Shown: positions 15,401 through 30,400 of the stretch, piece by piece
How positions within the stretch are numbered: position 1 is the stretch's first letter
Layout: each line of letters starts with the position of its first letter
Source of the DNA: Mobula hypostoma
Taxonomy: Eukaryota
Assembly (NCBI RefSeq): GCF_963921235.1
Contig: NC_086108.1
Location: forward strand, 42,842,001-42,906,000
Direction: 5' to 3'
DNA: 64,000 nucleotides
Position numbers and translations under genes: made by a program
The notes under the pieces: model-generated
Told to the model about the DNA's origin: nothing
Seen by the model: the letters and a program-made list of their open reading frames with translations, nothing else
Database searches by the model: none

Positions 15401-18400
15401 CCAGTTCCCACCTAGACCATATCGGTGGGATCAAGGTTGTGAGCAATTAGCAAATTAAGACCAAGTACAGTATATGTATCTGAATATGGGTGGTATTGGG
15501 TCAGGGGAACCAGAGCAGCATGATATAGCCTTACGCTTTGGCTTACAGGTTGGATGGATAGGTTAAGTAGGTAAAGTGCAGCATAGATTCACTAGGATAA
15601 TACTGGGGCTGAAAGCTAAATTGTGAGTACATGTAGTAAAACCATATTAGGATAATGGAATTGAGGTGCTTACGGTGTACAAAGGAGAGAAATAATTTCT
15701 ATTACAGGTTGAGTACCCCTTTTCTGAAATTCCAACATCTGAAAACTTCCGAAATCAAAATTTTTTTGAGTGCTGACATGACATCACAAATGAAAAATTC
15801 CACAAGGTGCTGGGAAAATTCCCAGCTGATGCGTAGGTCTCTGTGCACCCCAGACAGTTCTGAGAAGCGACCTTACATATGTAATGAACAGAAGTTAATG
15901 AAAAATAGAAAAACATTGCATGAAGATCTTGATTGTGTATTGGAAAGAGTGGATTAATCAGCATCGGAGTTAACATATGCCGCTAAGCATGATCATGAAA
16001 CAAATGAAGATCTTTCTCAATAAACTGAAAATTGAAGGTGATTGTGAATATTCAGCAGGCTGGTTGCAGAAATTTGAGAAAAGACACGGCATTAAATTTT
16101 TAAAGATTTGTGGTGATAAAGCACCTGCTGATCACGAAGAAGCAGAGAAATTCATTGATGAGTTTGCCAAGATTGTTGCTGATGAAAATTGAACACACTG
16201 AACCAGCTGTATCAGTACATGTGTGTGATAAACAAAGACTACTTACCAGTAGCACATAAGTTCAGAGTCAGAAATTATGGCAATCCAAAGCTATCTCATT
16301 ATATATACCAAAATCCAAAAAATTCAAAAATCTGAAACACTTCTGGCCCCAGGTATTTCAGAATAGGGGTACTCAACCTGTAATAAAAGCAGAGCTTTCC
16401 AGAACATTCAGTTCCCACAGCATCACTGGGGAAAAAAAATACAATTAACACCTCAGGTTGAAGACCAGTTGTCCAAACTGGGAAAGGGAGAAAACGGGTC
16501 AGTTTTAAATTGCAGAGAGGGTGGGTTCCCCCCGCCCCCCTCAGGTTTTCTGTGCCTTTAAACTAACTTCCATTCCACAGTTCCATTGGAGGGTCTCCAA
16601 CCTGAAACCCGTTTTTGTCCACAGATGCTGCCTGACCTACAGGGTGCTTACAACAAGTTCTAATTTTATTTCAGATTTACAGCATCTGCAGCATGTGTTT
16701 TGATTTTCAATAATTCTCAGTGAACTGGGTGTCCTGAACAATGGGAAGTATTATTAGCATAGAAGGAAGATATACAGGAACATGACCAGAAATCATTATT
16801 TCCACCAGTAACGTGAAATCTGGATCTCTCTCCCCTCGGACTTTGTCGAAGCTAGATATACTAAAATTACCAAAAGCCTGATTGATAAATTTTTATTATA
16901 TCTGAATGTAAAAATGTGTTCAACCAAGATGCAGGTAAGCAGCTGCTAGTTATAAGCTTATGTCTAATTCAATAATAGACAAAGCTCAACTGAGTTGAGG
17001 GGCTAAGGTCCTTCTCCCACGCAGTGCTGTATATTCACCACTGAAGTGCCTCAACATTATCACTAATTCAGGATCTTTTGTTTGTCTCCTTTCCTCCCCT
17101 GAAGCCCCTTGTCCCCCTCAGAATGTGCAAACTGTTTGTGCTGGTGTCACTGCCTTTGTAACATGGGAGCCGAGTAACCTCACATTGTGGTACACCGCTA
17201 CGGCAGAGGGGAGCGATGGACACACAGCCACCTGTACCACATCCGAAATAAACTGTCTCATCCCAGATCTTCACTGCAGCCAAATATACAACATCTCAGT
17301 CCTTGCATTTGGTGAAACCTGCAGCAGCCTCCAAAGCTCCCACCATGAAATTCGGACAGGTAGTAAAAGAAGAAAGAGTCTCTGTATTTAACAGCTTTCA
17401 TTTCCTCAGGATATCGTGGCAAACTTTGCAGCGAAGGGATTAGTTTGAAAGTGAAACTGTCAAAGTCAGGGCAAACTGAGCAGCCAAGTTAAATGCAATA
17501 ATGTCTCATTAGCAGCCAATTTATGTATTGTCGTTAGTGTGTGTGAAGAGAGTCGTAGAGGGGCAACACCCCGATGACACAACAACGAACACTTTTTTGG
17601 ATAAGTTATCCAACATCTTGAAACAAATTCAGGGAATCTGGCTCATTATCCTGACATTGTCCCCTGATAATTTGCACATCACCAATTCATGACATGGGCA
17701 ACCAGCTCCGCATTGATCTGTCAGCCTGTTCTGCTAGTTTCCTTGTCTCTGCTCTGTAAATGTCAAGTTGCCAAACTTCCAGAGGATGGAGAAGAGGTTG
17801 ATTTGAATGGAGTGATGAAATATATGTCATTTGGACCTATGGAACAATGTCCTATCAGCTTAAGGACTTCTTTTGCAGCTGTTCACTGTTCTAACTAAGA
17901 AGATTCAGAATCAGGTTTAATATCACCGGCAAGAGTCAAGAAATTTGTCATTATGTGGCAGCAGTACATTGCAGTACATAATAATAAAAACAATAAATTA
18001 CAGTAAGAAATATATATATATATATATATAAGTTAAATTAGATAAGTAGTTCAAAAAGAGACAAAAAGTAGTGAGTTAGTGTTTATGGGTTCAATGTCCA
18101 TTCAGAAATCTGGTGGCAGAGGGGAAGAAGCTGTTCGTGAATCATTGTGTGTGTGCCTTCAGGCTCCTGTACCTCCTCCCTGAAGGTAGTAATGAGAAGA
18201 GGGCATGAGAACTGGGCTTTATTTGGTTCAATAAGTACCCGACTTTCAAAGAAACAGCCGCAGATACAGATTGACTTAATTGAAAAGGGCATGAGTCAGT
18301 CCAGGGACCTGGAGCTGCCTTTCTTCAGCATGGATGCAAGATGCTCTTCTAGGTGGTGGCAAGATTTTAATCTTATCCCCAATGATTTCACCCCCCATTA

Positions 18401-21400
18401 ATGCAAACGCTCTTGTACTTTTCAGCATTTCTCTGTGGATTTTTCTCTCAGAGTCCTTCTATCTCTATCTGACATCACTGAATCAAAGATTCGGTGATCA
18501 AGGAAATCAAACTGAAAGCTTAGGATTCAAACTGAAAGCAAACCAAAGGTTTTAATTTCTTTGGATCTAGAATATGTGGACATTGTTGTGGCTGACTTAT
18601 TAAAGATATTTGAGCTCTGTGACATACTGGCAAGTGATGTCTGTGCCATAGGTTTTAATGTTTATAATTCCTTTTCCACAGCACCATGTGCCCCAGATGA
18701 AATCATTGCCAATGTGGATTGTAACTCCAATAGAGTGGTGGTGTCCTGGGGAAGGACTGGTGGAGCAACCTCATTCGATGTAACTGCAGAAGGCAGTGAT
18801 GGTCATATACGCTCACACAACACCACAGAGACACGCCATGAAATGCTGGATTTACACTGCGGACAGTCCTATAACATAACCGTAACAACAGTGAGTTACA
18901 GCCGGCATGGCATTTCGAGTACTTCCGTCCAAATACAAACTGGTAAGTAACAGTCAGCAAGGAAATAATTCCCATGTGTATTCATTTTGTGTTTCTGCAG
19001 GACAGCGGGAATTGATATTTACTTGTATTTTCTAAATAGCACCCTGCATTCCTGAGAATCTAACGGCTGAGCTTAATTGTGATTTGAACACAATATCCTT
19101 CTGGTGGGATGAGACTGCTGGAGCAAAGTTATACACTGTGACTGTTCGAGACAGTCAAAGAGTTACGGCTTTATTCAACACAAGTGATACAAGGGCTCAA
19201 ATCCGGGACCTGCAGTGTGGTGAATATTATACAATCTCTGTCCTAGCAACAGATGACATCTGCAGGAGGCCCCAGGGAGCAGTGGTGAATGTACATTCAG
19301 GTAAAAGTTTGGTCTCTCGTCACCTGAAGTGCAATGTTTCACTGGCAATATTCAGATTGTTGTTTTCAATATTATTAATAATTCTTTCATTAATTATGCT
19401 TGCTTGAAAGTTAATTTTATAACTTCTTAAACAAACTATTTTAATGCAGGAATATGAACCCATTAGCACCTTTCTTAATAAGCAAGTTGCAATACAAACC
19501 AACTTGCAACAGTCATTTTGCAGTTGAAGTTCAGCCCAACAGGTACTTCTCATCATGATCCACTTCAGTACAGGGCTGTTTCCCCCTTGTATTTTGTGCA
19601 TGTGGACAAGTTATCAACATATGTGGTGCCTATTAGTTTCTTACTAACTGAAGTTGGATCAAATGTTTGCGACTTTCAACCTTCATGTTTAACTCTCACT
19701 AAACTGAGGATTACATCAAACTTAGTGAATTGTATGTGCTTAAAAATGTGCCCATGGGACTTGAGATTACATTTTATAAATCAGCCCAGTCATTCTAATG
19801 CATTACAAATCTTGATTTCCAGCAGCTCTGAGCACAGTACAAAGCCACCATGCACAGCTATCTTCAGGTCGCAGATGCCACAGTCCATGACCCCGATGTT
19901 GTGTCAGCTTTTTGAGGCTGAAAATGCAACTGGCCTGCTCCATGTGCCAAGTGATGTCCACGTGGGCATTTGGGTGTTGTTCCTCCCCATCCCCCTGCCA
20001 TTTGCTATGATTCACAACCTTCTCCCCCACACCACGCTTGTTTTTCAATAAACAAGGATGACTCAACTTGATGATTTTTTTTTTCTGTCAGGTGAATTTG
20101 TTCTTAGGCTGAACAACACCTGTTTTGTGCCCCTAAAGTGGATGAATCACAGTTTCTACGCATCAGTGCCTGAGGCCTTTAGTCTGGCAACTCTACAGTG
20201 GAAATCCATTTAGATTTATATCCAGCTCCATTGCAGATGTTCCCATGGACCCAACAGGAGAAAGTATTATTCCGGTACCATATTCGCATCACAGAGTTAT
20301 TTCCAACATTGCTTTCATGGCTTTGCAGTATTTTCATGAATCCTGATTCTGAGCATTTCTAAACTAACCATCTGTCATCTGCCACAGGAAATGAGTAATG
20401 CTTTTTAATTGGGATATCATTCTGGACAAATGTTAGCTTTTTGTCCCTAGTAAAATTTACAGAGTTCTGAGTCATATTATATGGCTGGGCATGTTAGCAT
20501 TTAGTTACTTCTTTGAGAATTAATTTCAGACATAAATAGCGTAAGGAGTTAGAGCAATGCAAATAAAAATATTATGATAAAGGCTCTGTTTATCCTTCTA
20601 AAGGATGAGTTGCTGAAATGTACATCACTGGCTCGGATGAAGCAGAATGAATCTATTTGCCTCTTTAAACCTGCTCATCCATCTGCTTTCTCCATAGAAC
20701 TCTGCAAGCTTTTTTTCTTTTAATGCATATATTCAAATCCCTTTTCAGACAATTCATTCTAGATAATAATAAGTCTGAGTAAGACCATGTCCTCTTCTCC
20801 ACTTGACCCCTCCCCCAACATCCTCCTCCTGATTTGTTTGTGTCTCTCTTTTGCCTTATAAACATTTATGTACTTCTATAGAAAAAAAAATCATTGAATC
20901 TTCTTCAACTTCCACTCAAGGCCTTGCAATCCATGCTCTCCCTGTGTAAAAAATATATCTTACTTCCTGTCCACTCCTTTACCATTTATCATAAATCTGT
21001 CTGATTGTTACCCTCCTCCCAGAACAAATTTTCCTTACTTTTTCTGGCAAAATCATTCAAAATATTACTTCCCAGCTCCATTTACAGTCTGAAAGAGAGC
21101 CATATCATCCTCTCCAGTATCTTGATGTAACTGAATTCCCTTGCCCCGCCTATTAAATCCTATTAAATCTCCCCTGCACCCTCTCTTCGAACCTCATAAA
21201 CCTTTCATAATCCTGAAACGGATTCAGTACTCCATTTGTGGCTGCACCTATAATTTATAAAGTTTAACTACCTTCTTCACTTTTCTACTCTACAAAATTA
21301 TGAATACATCTTCAAAATAACTTTCTTCATGACTTCATCCATCCACTTATTTACTTGGTTACGGTTGGTCCAATGGCATGATACCCAATTTAACATTCAG

Positions 21401-24400
21401 CTTTATTTTCAGTCCCTTGTGACCCACAGAATGTGGAAGTACAACTGGATTGTAACCTCAATACTGCGCTGGTGTTGTGGGACCATAGTGAAGGAGCACT
21501 GTGTTATACCGCTTTTGCAGAAGGAACTGACGGAGCCAACATATCATGCAGCACATCAGAAACATCATGTAGGACACCCATGTTACTCTGTGGCCAGTTA
21601 TACTCCATATATGTTGTTGCATCAGATAGCACGTGCAACCATTCTGTGAGTTCAGCAACTGAAATTCAGACAGGTAACTCACTATTTTTACTACTTGCTG
21701 TGACACACTATCCAAAAAAATAAGGCTGTCATGTCTATCCATCATTTTGTTGCTGCAGTTTGTTGATATCATATTGGTGACAGTGATTAAATTACTGGAT
21801 TTGGTATCTAGAGGCAGGTTCAGTGATTTTGGAGACATGGGTTTGTCATCCTCTAGAACTGCTTGGGAATTGAAACTGAAATTAGTAAATAAATCTGGGA
21901 TAAAAATATTGTCCTGATAAGGGTGGGCATGATTAATTTGGTTTTTCAGAAACAGACATCTGGTTACTTATATCCTTCGAGGATGTGAATCTGCCACAGT
22001 TACTGTGTCTGGCCTATGTGGTCGTTACTTAGCCTCTGAAATGAACCACTCCATCACTTCAGGGACAGATATGCATGGACAATAAATTACGGGCTTACCA
22101 GTGTCGTTCATTTCTCATAAGTAAATAAATTAAAATGCTGTACAATAAACATCAGCTACTCAGCAAGGCTACCTTCACCATTCATTAGCAGTGTGACTGC
22201 AATCCTTATCTTTCCACCAAAATATATCACCTCACTGTAATTCATATTGTATCTGATACAGGTCTTCCAATTTGTCAGACTAATTACTGTAGATTCTGTC
22301 ATAAGGCTGACAGTATGGATACATGGATGATGCTTCCCTTAGCTGGGGTGTTGAAAACCTGTGGTCTTTGCCTCAGATTAAAGGGTCAACCATTCATCAC
22401 TGAGTTGAGAAGAAATTTCTTCTCTCAGTGATTACAGTATCTTTAGAATTCTTTAGGATCACCAGGAGGCTCAGTTTTCACTGGTGCTGTAGCATGCTCG
22501 TTTACAATTACAACTACTTGTAAAATTTGTTTACAATTCCTACTTGCATATTCATATCTGTGAATTTATATACAAAGCTAACAATGTGTCTCCATTTTAA
22601 AATCTATTCCTCCAGCCCCCTGCAGTCCCCAGAATGTAAGTGCTCACTTGGACTGTACAACACACGCAGCGTCAGTTTGGTGGGAGGAGAGTGAGGGGGC
22701 AGTGTACTATGCTGCCATGGCAGAAGGAATGGAAGGAGACAAGTACGCATGCAACACAACAGAAGCAAACTGTGAGATCGCAGGCCTCCCATGTGGCCAA
22801 ACGTACAATATAACTGTGTTAGCGATGGACAGAAGTTGTACCAGTTTACCAAGTCTAGCTTTTGAAATTCAAACAGGTAAATTATCTTTTAATTATGTGA
22901 AAAACATGAAGTAGTCTATTGTCCAAATAACTTAATCTGTTATAATATCTCAATTTTAGTATGTACTGTATATGCATGATGTATGTCTCAAAAACAAACA
23001 TAAAACCATCATAAAATTACTACATAATAAAACTTAATATCTGGGATCCCAGCTACAACACAGGATGATTCAATACCATTACTTATTAGCAAACAATGCA
23101 TTCCACTGGATATTTCATTGTACAAGTGACAAATAAAGAAAATCTTTAGCTTTTCTATTTGTTGAGGTTATGGGATTTGTTCAGCTAGGAGCTGACAGCT
23201 GTTTGTTGGTGTTGTCATATATTCTTATTCTTGGACAACAGTAGAATTCAGAGGATGTACCACAGATTCTGGTTAATTGGGACACATCGGGACAAGTATG
23301 TTTTGGCTCAATTAAATAGTAGCCCCATTTAGCTGGTTTCATGGAAATAGTTAACGAGGTATAAAAAAGACAATTTTCCATTTAACTAAGTAACAAATTA
23401 TGTATTTAAATGAAATACAGAACAAATTAAAACACTACCAATACTACAACAGTACTATAAAACTCTGTATTTCCTAGTAGTTATCAATGGAGGAATTAGC
23501 ATCTATGGAAAAAAGTACAGTCAATGTTACGGGCCAAAACTACGACTATTTTTTTCCATAGATGTTGCTTGACCTGCTCCAGCATTTTGTATGTGTTGTT
23601 TGGATTTCCAGCATCTGCAGATTTTCTCTTGTTTGTGAATGGAGGAATTAAACCAGTGTGTGCTGCCAGGTTCCTTTGATGAACAAAATCAGTATGCAGA
23701 CACCTATTGCAGGTAATGGACTGCCTTCATACAATGCTGTCAATGATTGCAAATCTTCAGTTTCATTCTGACATTCAAGATGATTGTCGATACCTTCAAA
23801 TTCTTTGCAGTTCCTAACTTGCTGAAGTAGTGAAACCGTTTCATTTTAACTTCCGGCTATTTCTTGTATCTCCAAGCGTGAATACTGGAAACTGCTGTGA
23901 GCAAAACAGTTCTGAATTGTCTTACGCCTTTTTCTCGCCAACTGTCAGTGACAAAAGTCACTGCTTTTTGAACACAACCACTTGCGACTGATGTTATTTA
24001 AAAATTGTTTGCTCTAAGTAAGGTGTAGAGATAATGGCCACACAAGTGCACACGTCTGCTGCTAGTTAGAAACTTTTTGGCAACACCCTCTCGTCAGATT
24101 TAAGCGGCATAGTGTCCCAAATAAACAATGGGAATCCTGGCTATTCTCTCGATCAGTTTTTGCTCTTTAAGAGCTATCTCAAAAAAGTGGCAGCCCCAAT
24201 TAACAAATGGACCAATTAACCAGAATCCACTGTATTTACAAAATGTTGAGCTGTGTGCTCCGTGCCATAAAAAAAAACATAGCGAGCCAGAGTAGTTACT
24301 CCATTAAATAGAAACATAGAAACATAGAAAATAGGTGCAGGAGTAGGCCATTTGGCCCTTCGAACCTGCACCGCCATTTATTATGATCATGGCTGATCAT

Positions 24401-27400
24401 CCAACTCAGAACCCTGCCCAGCCTTCCCTCCATACCCCCTGACCCCCGTAGCCACAGGGGCCATATCTAACTCCCTCTTAAATATAGCCAATGAACTAGC
24501 CTCAACTGTTTCCTGTGGCAGAGAATTCCACAGATTCACCACTCTCTGTGTGAAGAAGTTTTTCCTAATCTCGGTCCTAAAAGGCTTCCCCTCTATCCTC
24601 AAACTGTTGCCCCTCGTTCTGGACTTCCCCAACATCGGGAACAATCTTCCTGCATCTAGCCTGTCCAATTCCTTTAGGATCTTATACGTTTCAATCAGAT
24701 CCCCCCTCAATCTTCTAAATTCCAACAAGTACAAGCCCAGTTCATCCAGTCTTTCTTCATATGAAGGTCCTGCCATCCCAGGAATCAATCTGGTGAACCT
24801 TCTTTGTACTCCCTCTATGGCAAGGATGACTTTCCTCAGATTAGGGGACCAAAACTGCACACAATACTCCAGGTGTGGTCTCACCAAGGCCTTGTACAAC
24901 TGCAGTAGTACCTCCCTGCTCCTGTACTCAAATCCTCTCGCTATAAATGCCAACATACCATTCGCCTGCTATACCTGCATGCCCACTTTCAATGACTGGT
25001 GTATAATGACACCCAGGTCTCGTTGCACCTCCCCTTTTCCTAATCGGCCACCATTCAGATAATAATCTGTTTTCCTATTTTTGCCACCAAAGTGGATAAC
25101 TTCACATTTATCCACATTAAATTGCATCTGCCATGAATTTGCCCACTCACCCAACCTATCCAAGTCACCCTGCATCCTCTTAGCATCCTCCTCACAGCTA
25201 ACACTGCCACCCAGCTTCGTGTCATCCGCAAACTTGGAGATGCTGCATTTAATTCCCTCATCCAAGTCATTAATATATATTGTAAACAACTGGGGTCCCA
25301 GCACTGAGCCTTGCGGTACCCCACTAGTCACCGCCTGCCATTCTGAAAAGGTCCCGTTTATTCCCACTCTTTGCTTCCTGTCTGCTAACCAATTCTCCAC
25401 CCACACCAATACCTTACCCCCAATACCGTGTGCTTTAAGTTTGCACATTAATCTCCTGTGTGGGACCTTGTCAAAAGCCTTTTGAAAATCCAAATATACC
25501 ACATCCACTGGTTCTCCCCTATCCACTCTACTAGTTACATCCTCAAAAAATTCTATGAGATTCATCAGACATGATTTTCCTTTCACAAATCCATGCTGAC
25601 TTTGTCCGATGATTTCACCGCTTTCCAAATGTGCTGTTATCACATCCTTGATAACTGACTGCAGCAGTTTCCCCACCACCGACGTTAGGCTAACCGGTCT
25701 ATAATTCCCCGGTTTCTCTCTCCCTCCTTTTTTAAAAAGTGGAGTTACATTAGCCACCCTCCAATCCTCAGGAACTAGTCCAGAATCTAACGAGTTTTGA
25801 AAAATTATCACTAATGCATCCACTATTTCTTGGGCTACTTCCTTAAGCACTCTAGGATGCAGACCATCTGGCCCTGGGGATTTATCTGCCTTCAATCCCT
25901 TCAATTTACCTAACACCACTTCCCTACTAACATGTATTTCGCTCAGTTCCTCCATCTCACTGGACCTTCTGTCCCCTACTATTTCTGGAAGATTATTTAT
26001 GTCCTCCTTAGTGAAGACAGAACCAAAGTAATTATTCAATTGGTCTGCCATGTCCTTGCTCCCCATAATCAATTCACCTGTTTCTGTCTGCAGGGGACCT
26101 ACATTTGTCTTTACCAGTCTTTCCCTTTTTACATATCTATAAAAGCTTTTACAGTCCATTTTTATGTTCCCTGCCAGTTTTCTCTCATAATCTTTTTTCC
26201 CCTTCCTAATTAAGCCCTTTGTCCTCCTCTGCTGAACTCTGAATTTCTCCCAGTCCTCAGGTGAGCCACTTTCTCTGGCTAATTTGTATGCTTCTTCTTT
26301 GGAATTGATACTATCCCTAATTTCTCTCATCAGCCACGGGTGCACTACCTTCCTTGATTTATTCTTTTGCCAAACTGGGATGAACAATTGTTGTAGTTCA
26401 TCCATGCAACCTTTAAATGCTTGCCATTGCATATCCACCGTCAATCCTTTATGTGTCATTTGCCAGTCTATCTTAGCTAATTCACGTCTCATACCTTCAA
26501 AGTTACCCCTCTTTAAGTTCAGAACCTTTGTTTCTGAATTAACTATGGAGGGTATTATGGGCTGCCTTAAATATGGAACAGATCACCTCATGTTACCTCA
26601 TTGCTCCAGTTAGCTGGCATACTTTCAGGCAGCTAGTTCAACATTCTGTATTGTTTAAATATTAGTAACAGAACTGCAATATTAAATACTCAGCTGTTTA
26701 AGGATTCTTTCTCTATGCTTTCTCCATTGTACAGTACCTTGTATCCCACAGAATGTGGTAGCTCACATCAACTGCAAGAATAACACTGTCTCTGTGTTTT
26801 GGGATCCCAGCAATGGCTCAGAGTCATACCATGTAACAGCACAAGGGACCAATGGCCACTGGGCCTCCTGCAATACAACAGGCACTGAATGTGAGGTCTC
26901 TGATGTGTACTGTGGACTGTATTACTACATAACTGTACAGGCAGTCCGCATGGGGTGTAACAGCTCACAAAGCTCTGCTCTGGCAGTTAAAGCAGGTAAC
27001 ATGTGAAGAATTGGAAATCACTTATAAAATTTACATGTATTATTTGCAGTGTTGCCTTTTATGTACCCTTCAGCCTCTATTGATAAATTTTCTTCTTGCA
27101 GTACCGTGTGTCCCCCAGAACGTCAATGCTTACATGGACTGTGATTCTGGATTTCTGTCAGTCTCCTGGGAGTTCAGTGAAGGTGCATCATCATACATTG
27201 CCACTGCAGAAGGAGGTGACGTGCAGCGATGCAGCGCCAATGATACGCTGTGTGACATTACTGACCTGTCCTGTGGAGAGACCTACACTGTCACAGTCCT
27301 TGCGCACGATGACACCTGTGACTCTGCTGAAAGTCCTTCCATCACAGTGAGAACAGGTAACTGCAGCGAAGAGCAATTTCCTGCAAAACTATTGGTCACA

Positions 27401-30400
27401 CTAATCTTTATTTCAGCATCATACTGCTTGAGAAATATCCTCAAATGCTTTCTCTCAATCTGACGTTGTAAGGTACAGTACAACTTGTGGGTTTAAACTA
27501 AGCCTTTTATTTAAGTGGAACCTTATGAAGTGGCAAAGCATTTACTTATCTGTCTGCCTGTTATTAAAAAAGCCACTTCCAGATGTTTCAATACTCACAA
27601 TACAAGTCTTTATATGGGGAGGAGTTGGCCACAGTGCAGGAATAGACAATTCAGCCCATAATGTCTGCAGTGACCATAATCCCAATTTAACTTACACATC
27701 TGGCAGCACGTGTTCCATATCCCTCATTCCCTGCTTGTTATGTATCTGTCTTAATGTCTCTTAAACATTTCTATTTTATCTGTTTCCACTACTTCCCTTG
27801 GCAGAGATTTCTGTTCACCTACCACTTTCCACCTATAAACGTTTTACTTCAAAAATTTCTTTTAAACTTTCTTATCACACATTATGGCCATGCTCTCTAG
27901 TATCTGATATTTTCACTCTGGGAAAGAGACTTTGCAACGACACCATCTGTGGTTCTCATAGTGTTTGATACTCATATCCGGTTGCCTCTCAGTCTCCAGC
28001 ACTCCAGAGAAAACAATCCAAGTTTGTCTAACCACTCCTTAGAGTTACATCTCTCTAGTTTTGGCAACATTCTGGTGAACCTCTTTTGCACTGTCCCCAA
28101 AGTCTCCATTTCCTTCCCGAAATGTGGCAATCAGAATAGTTTGAATGTGGTCTGACCGAAGATTTATACGGCTGCAACATGACTGCTCAACTTTATACTC
28201 AACACCCTGACCAATGAAAGCAACTGTGCCTTATGAGTTCTTCATCATCCTATCGACTGGTGTTGCCACTTTCAGGGAGTTAGACTTATGTCCCAAGAAT
28301 CCTTAGTGAATCAGTGCTCTCAATGGTCCTGCCATTTACTGTATACTTCCCTCTTACATTTGACCACCCACAGTGCAACACCTCAGAGTTGTCCAGATAA
28401 AACACCACCTGTCATTCCTCTGCTAACCTTTCCAACTGACTCATATCCTAATGTCTCCTTTGATAACCTTGCTGACGATCAAGAGCATTGCCAAACTTAC
28501 TAATCAGTCCACCTACTTTTTGTCCAAATCATTGGCCACTTTATTGGGTACACCTGCTATCTAATCAGCCAATCATGTGGCAGAAACTCAATGCATAAAG
28601 CATGCAGACATGGTCAAGAGATTTAGTTGTTGTTCAGAATGAATGTCAGAATGGGGAGAAATATGATCTAAATGACTTTGACTGTGGAATGATTGTTGGT
28701 GCCGCACAGAGTGGTTTGAGTATCTCAGAGACTGATGATCTCTTGGGATTTTCACACACAACAGTCTAGAGTTTACAGAGAATGGTGCAAAAAAAAAATC
28801 CAGTTCTGTGGGCAAATACACCTTGTTAATGACAGAGGTCAGAGGAGAATTGCCAGACTGGTTTAAGCTAACAAGAAGTTGACAGTAACTCAAAGAACCA
28901 TACATTACAACAGTGGTGGGCAGCACAATACGTCAGACCTTGAGGTGGATGGGTTACACGCCAGAAGACACACCAGGTTCAACTCTTGTTTCTATTAAAA
29001 TGGCCACTGAGTGTGTATGTATACCACATACAAGCGGTACATTTCAAAAAGGTGTGTACTCCCAATTTTATAAAGCCACATACTGTAAAATTAATTGAAG
29101 GTTCTGGCTAAGTAAACCATCCATAAAGCCACTGACAATGTTTGTCTTCTGTTTGCCATTTCTAGTTTCATGCATCCCACAGAACCTCGATGTCCATGTA
29201 GACTGTGACACAAACGATGCTTCAGTGTTGTGGAGCCACACTAAAGGTGCAGTCTCTTACTTGGCAACGGCAGAAGGAAGTGATGGTCACCCAGTTTCCT
29301 GTGAGACGGCCGTTACCGAATGTCAGATAACCAACCTACACTGTGGACAGGTGTACAATTTAACTGTGACAGCGCTGGATGGTGTGTGTGACACCTCACA
29401 AAACTCTCAGTTTGAGTTCAGAACCGGTATGTCTCTTTTCTTGAATTATTATTTTTCATACTAAACTAAGTCAGTTTAGTATAATAATTTCTTTTTCAGC
29501 AGTTATTCCTTCTTAGATAAAAATATCTCTACTAAAACAAAATTTAGATTGGTTGGTCGTGTAATGTGATCCACACCCACAATCACTTCAGTTCAGGTGG
29601 CAGGAATGGGCAAAATGTCTATCTACTGGGAATCATAAACACAAGAGCTTCTGCAGATACTGGAAACTTTGAGCAACAGACACAACGTGCTGGAGGAACT
29701 CAGCAAGTCAGGCAGCATCTGTGGAAGGAAATAAACAGTTGGTGTTTCAGGCCAACGGTGCGAGGCTTCATCAGGACTGGAAAAGAAGGGGGAAAGAAGC
29801 CAGAATAAGAAGTTGAGGGGGAGGGGAAGAAGTATAAGTCAGCAGGTGATTGGTTAAACCAGATGAGGGAGTAGATAGGTGGGAAGTGGGGATGAAGTAA
29901 GGAGCTGGGAGGTGATAGGTGGAAAAGGTAAAGAAGAAAGAACCCGGTAGGAGAGGATAATGGACCATGGAAGAAAGAGGGCACCCAAGGAAGGAGATGG
30001 GAAGGTGCGAAGGGGTGAGTGGGGAACCAGAATGAGGAATGAAAGAAGAGAGAAGGAGAAGGGGAGATAAATTACCAAAAGTTAAAGAAATTAATGTTCA
30101 TGTTGTTAGGTTGATGGCAGCCCTGACAGATTATGAGGTGTTGCTCCTCCACTCTGAGTGCGGCCTTATTGTGGCAGTAGAAGAGGCTGTAGACCGACAT
30201 GTCAGAAGGGAAATGGGAAGCTTTTTAGTATAATTCTTAACAAAGCCAAAGATATCAAAATTAAGGCATGTGGAGAAATTCCCTATGTAAATGGAGTGAG
30301 GATTACCCATTATAATTTATTTTTAAGAAGTAAAATTTACATTGTCATAACCAAACATTTTGAAAGATCTGTTTTGTAACAATTTCCTCCTGGTTTGTGT

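Noticed and set aside
19518-20051. 177-aa ORF in the I2-A3 intron
   Set aside because: No recognisable motif, no FN3 pattern and no counterpart in other units; probably chance.
24550-26613. Plus-strand ORFs of 93-170 aa
   Set aside because: Antisense shadows of the CR1 RT.
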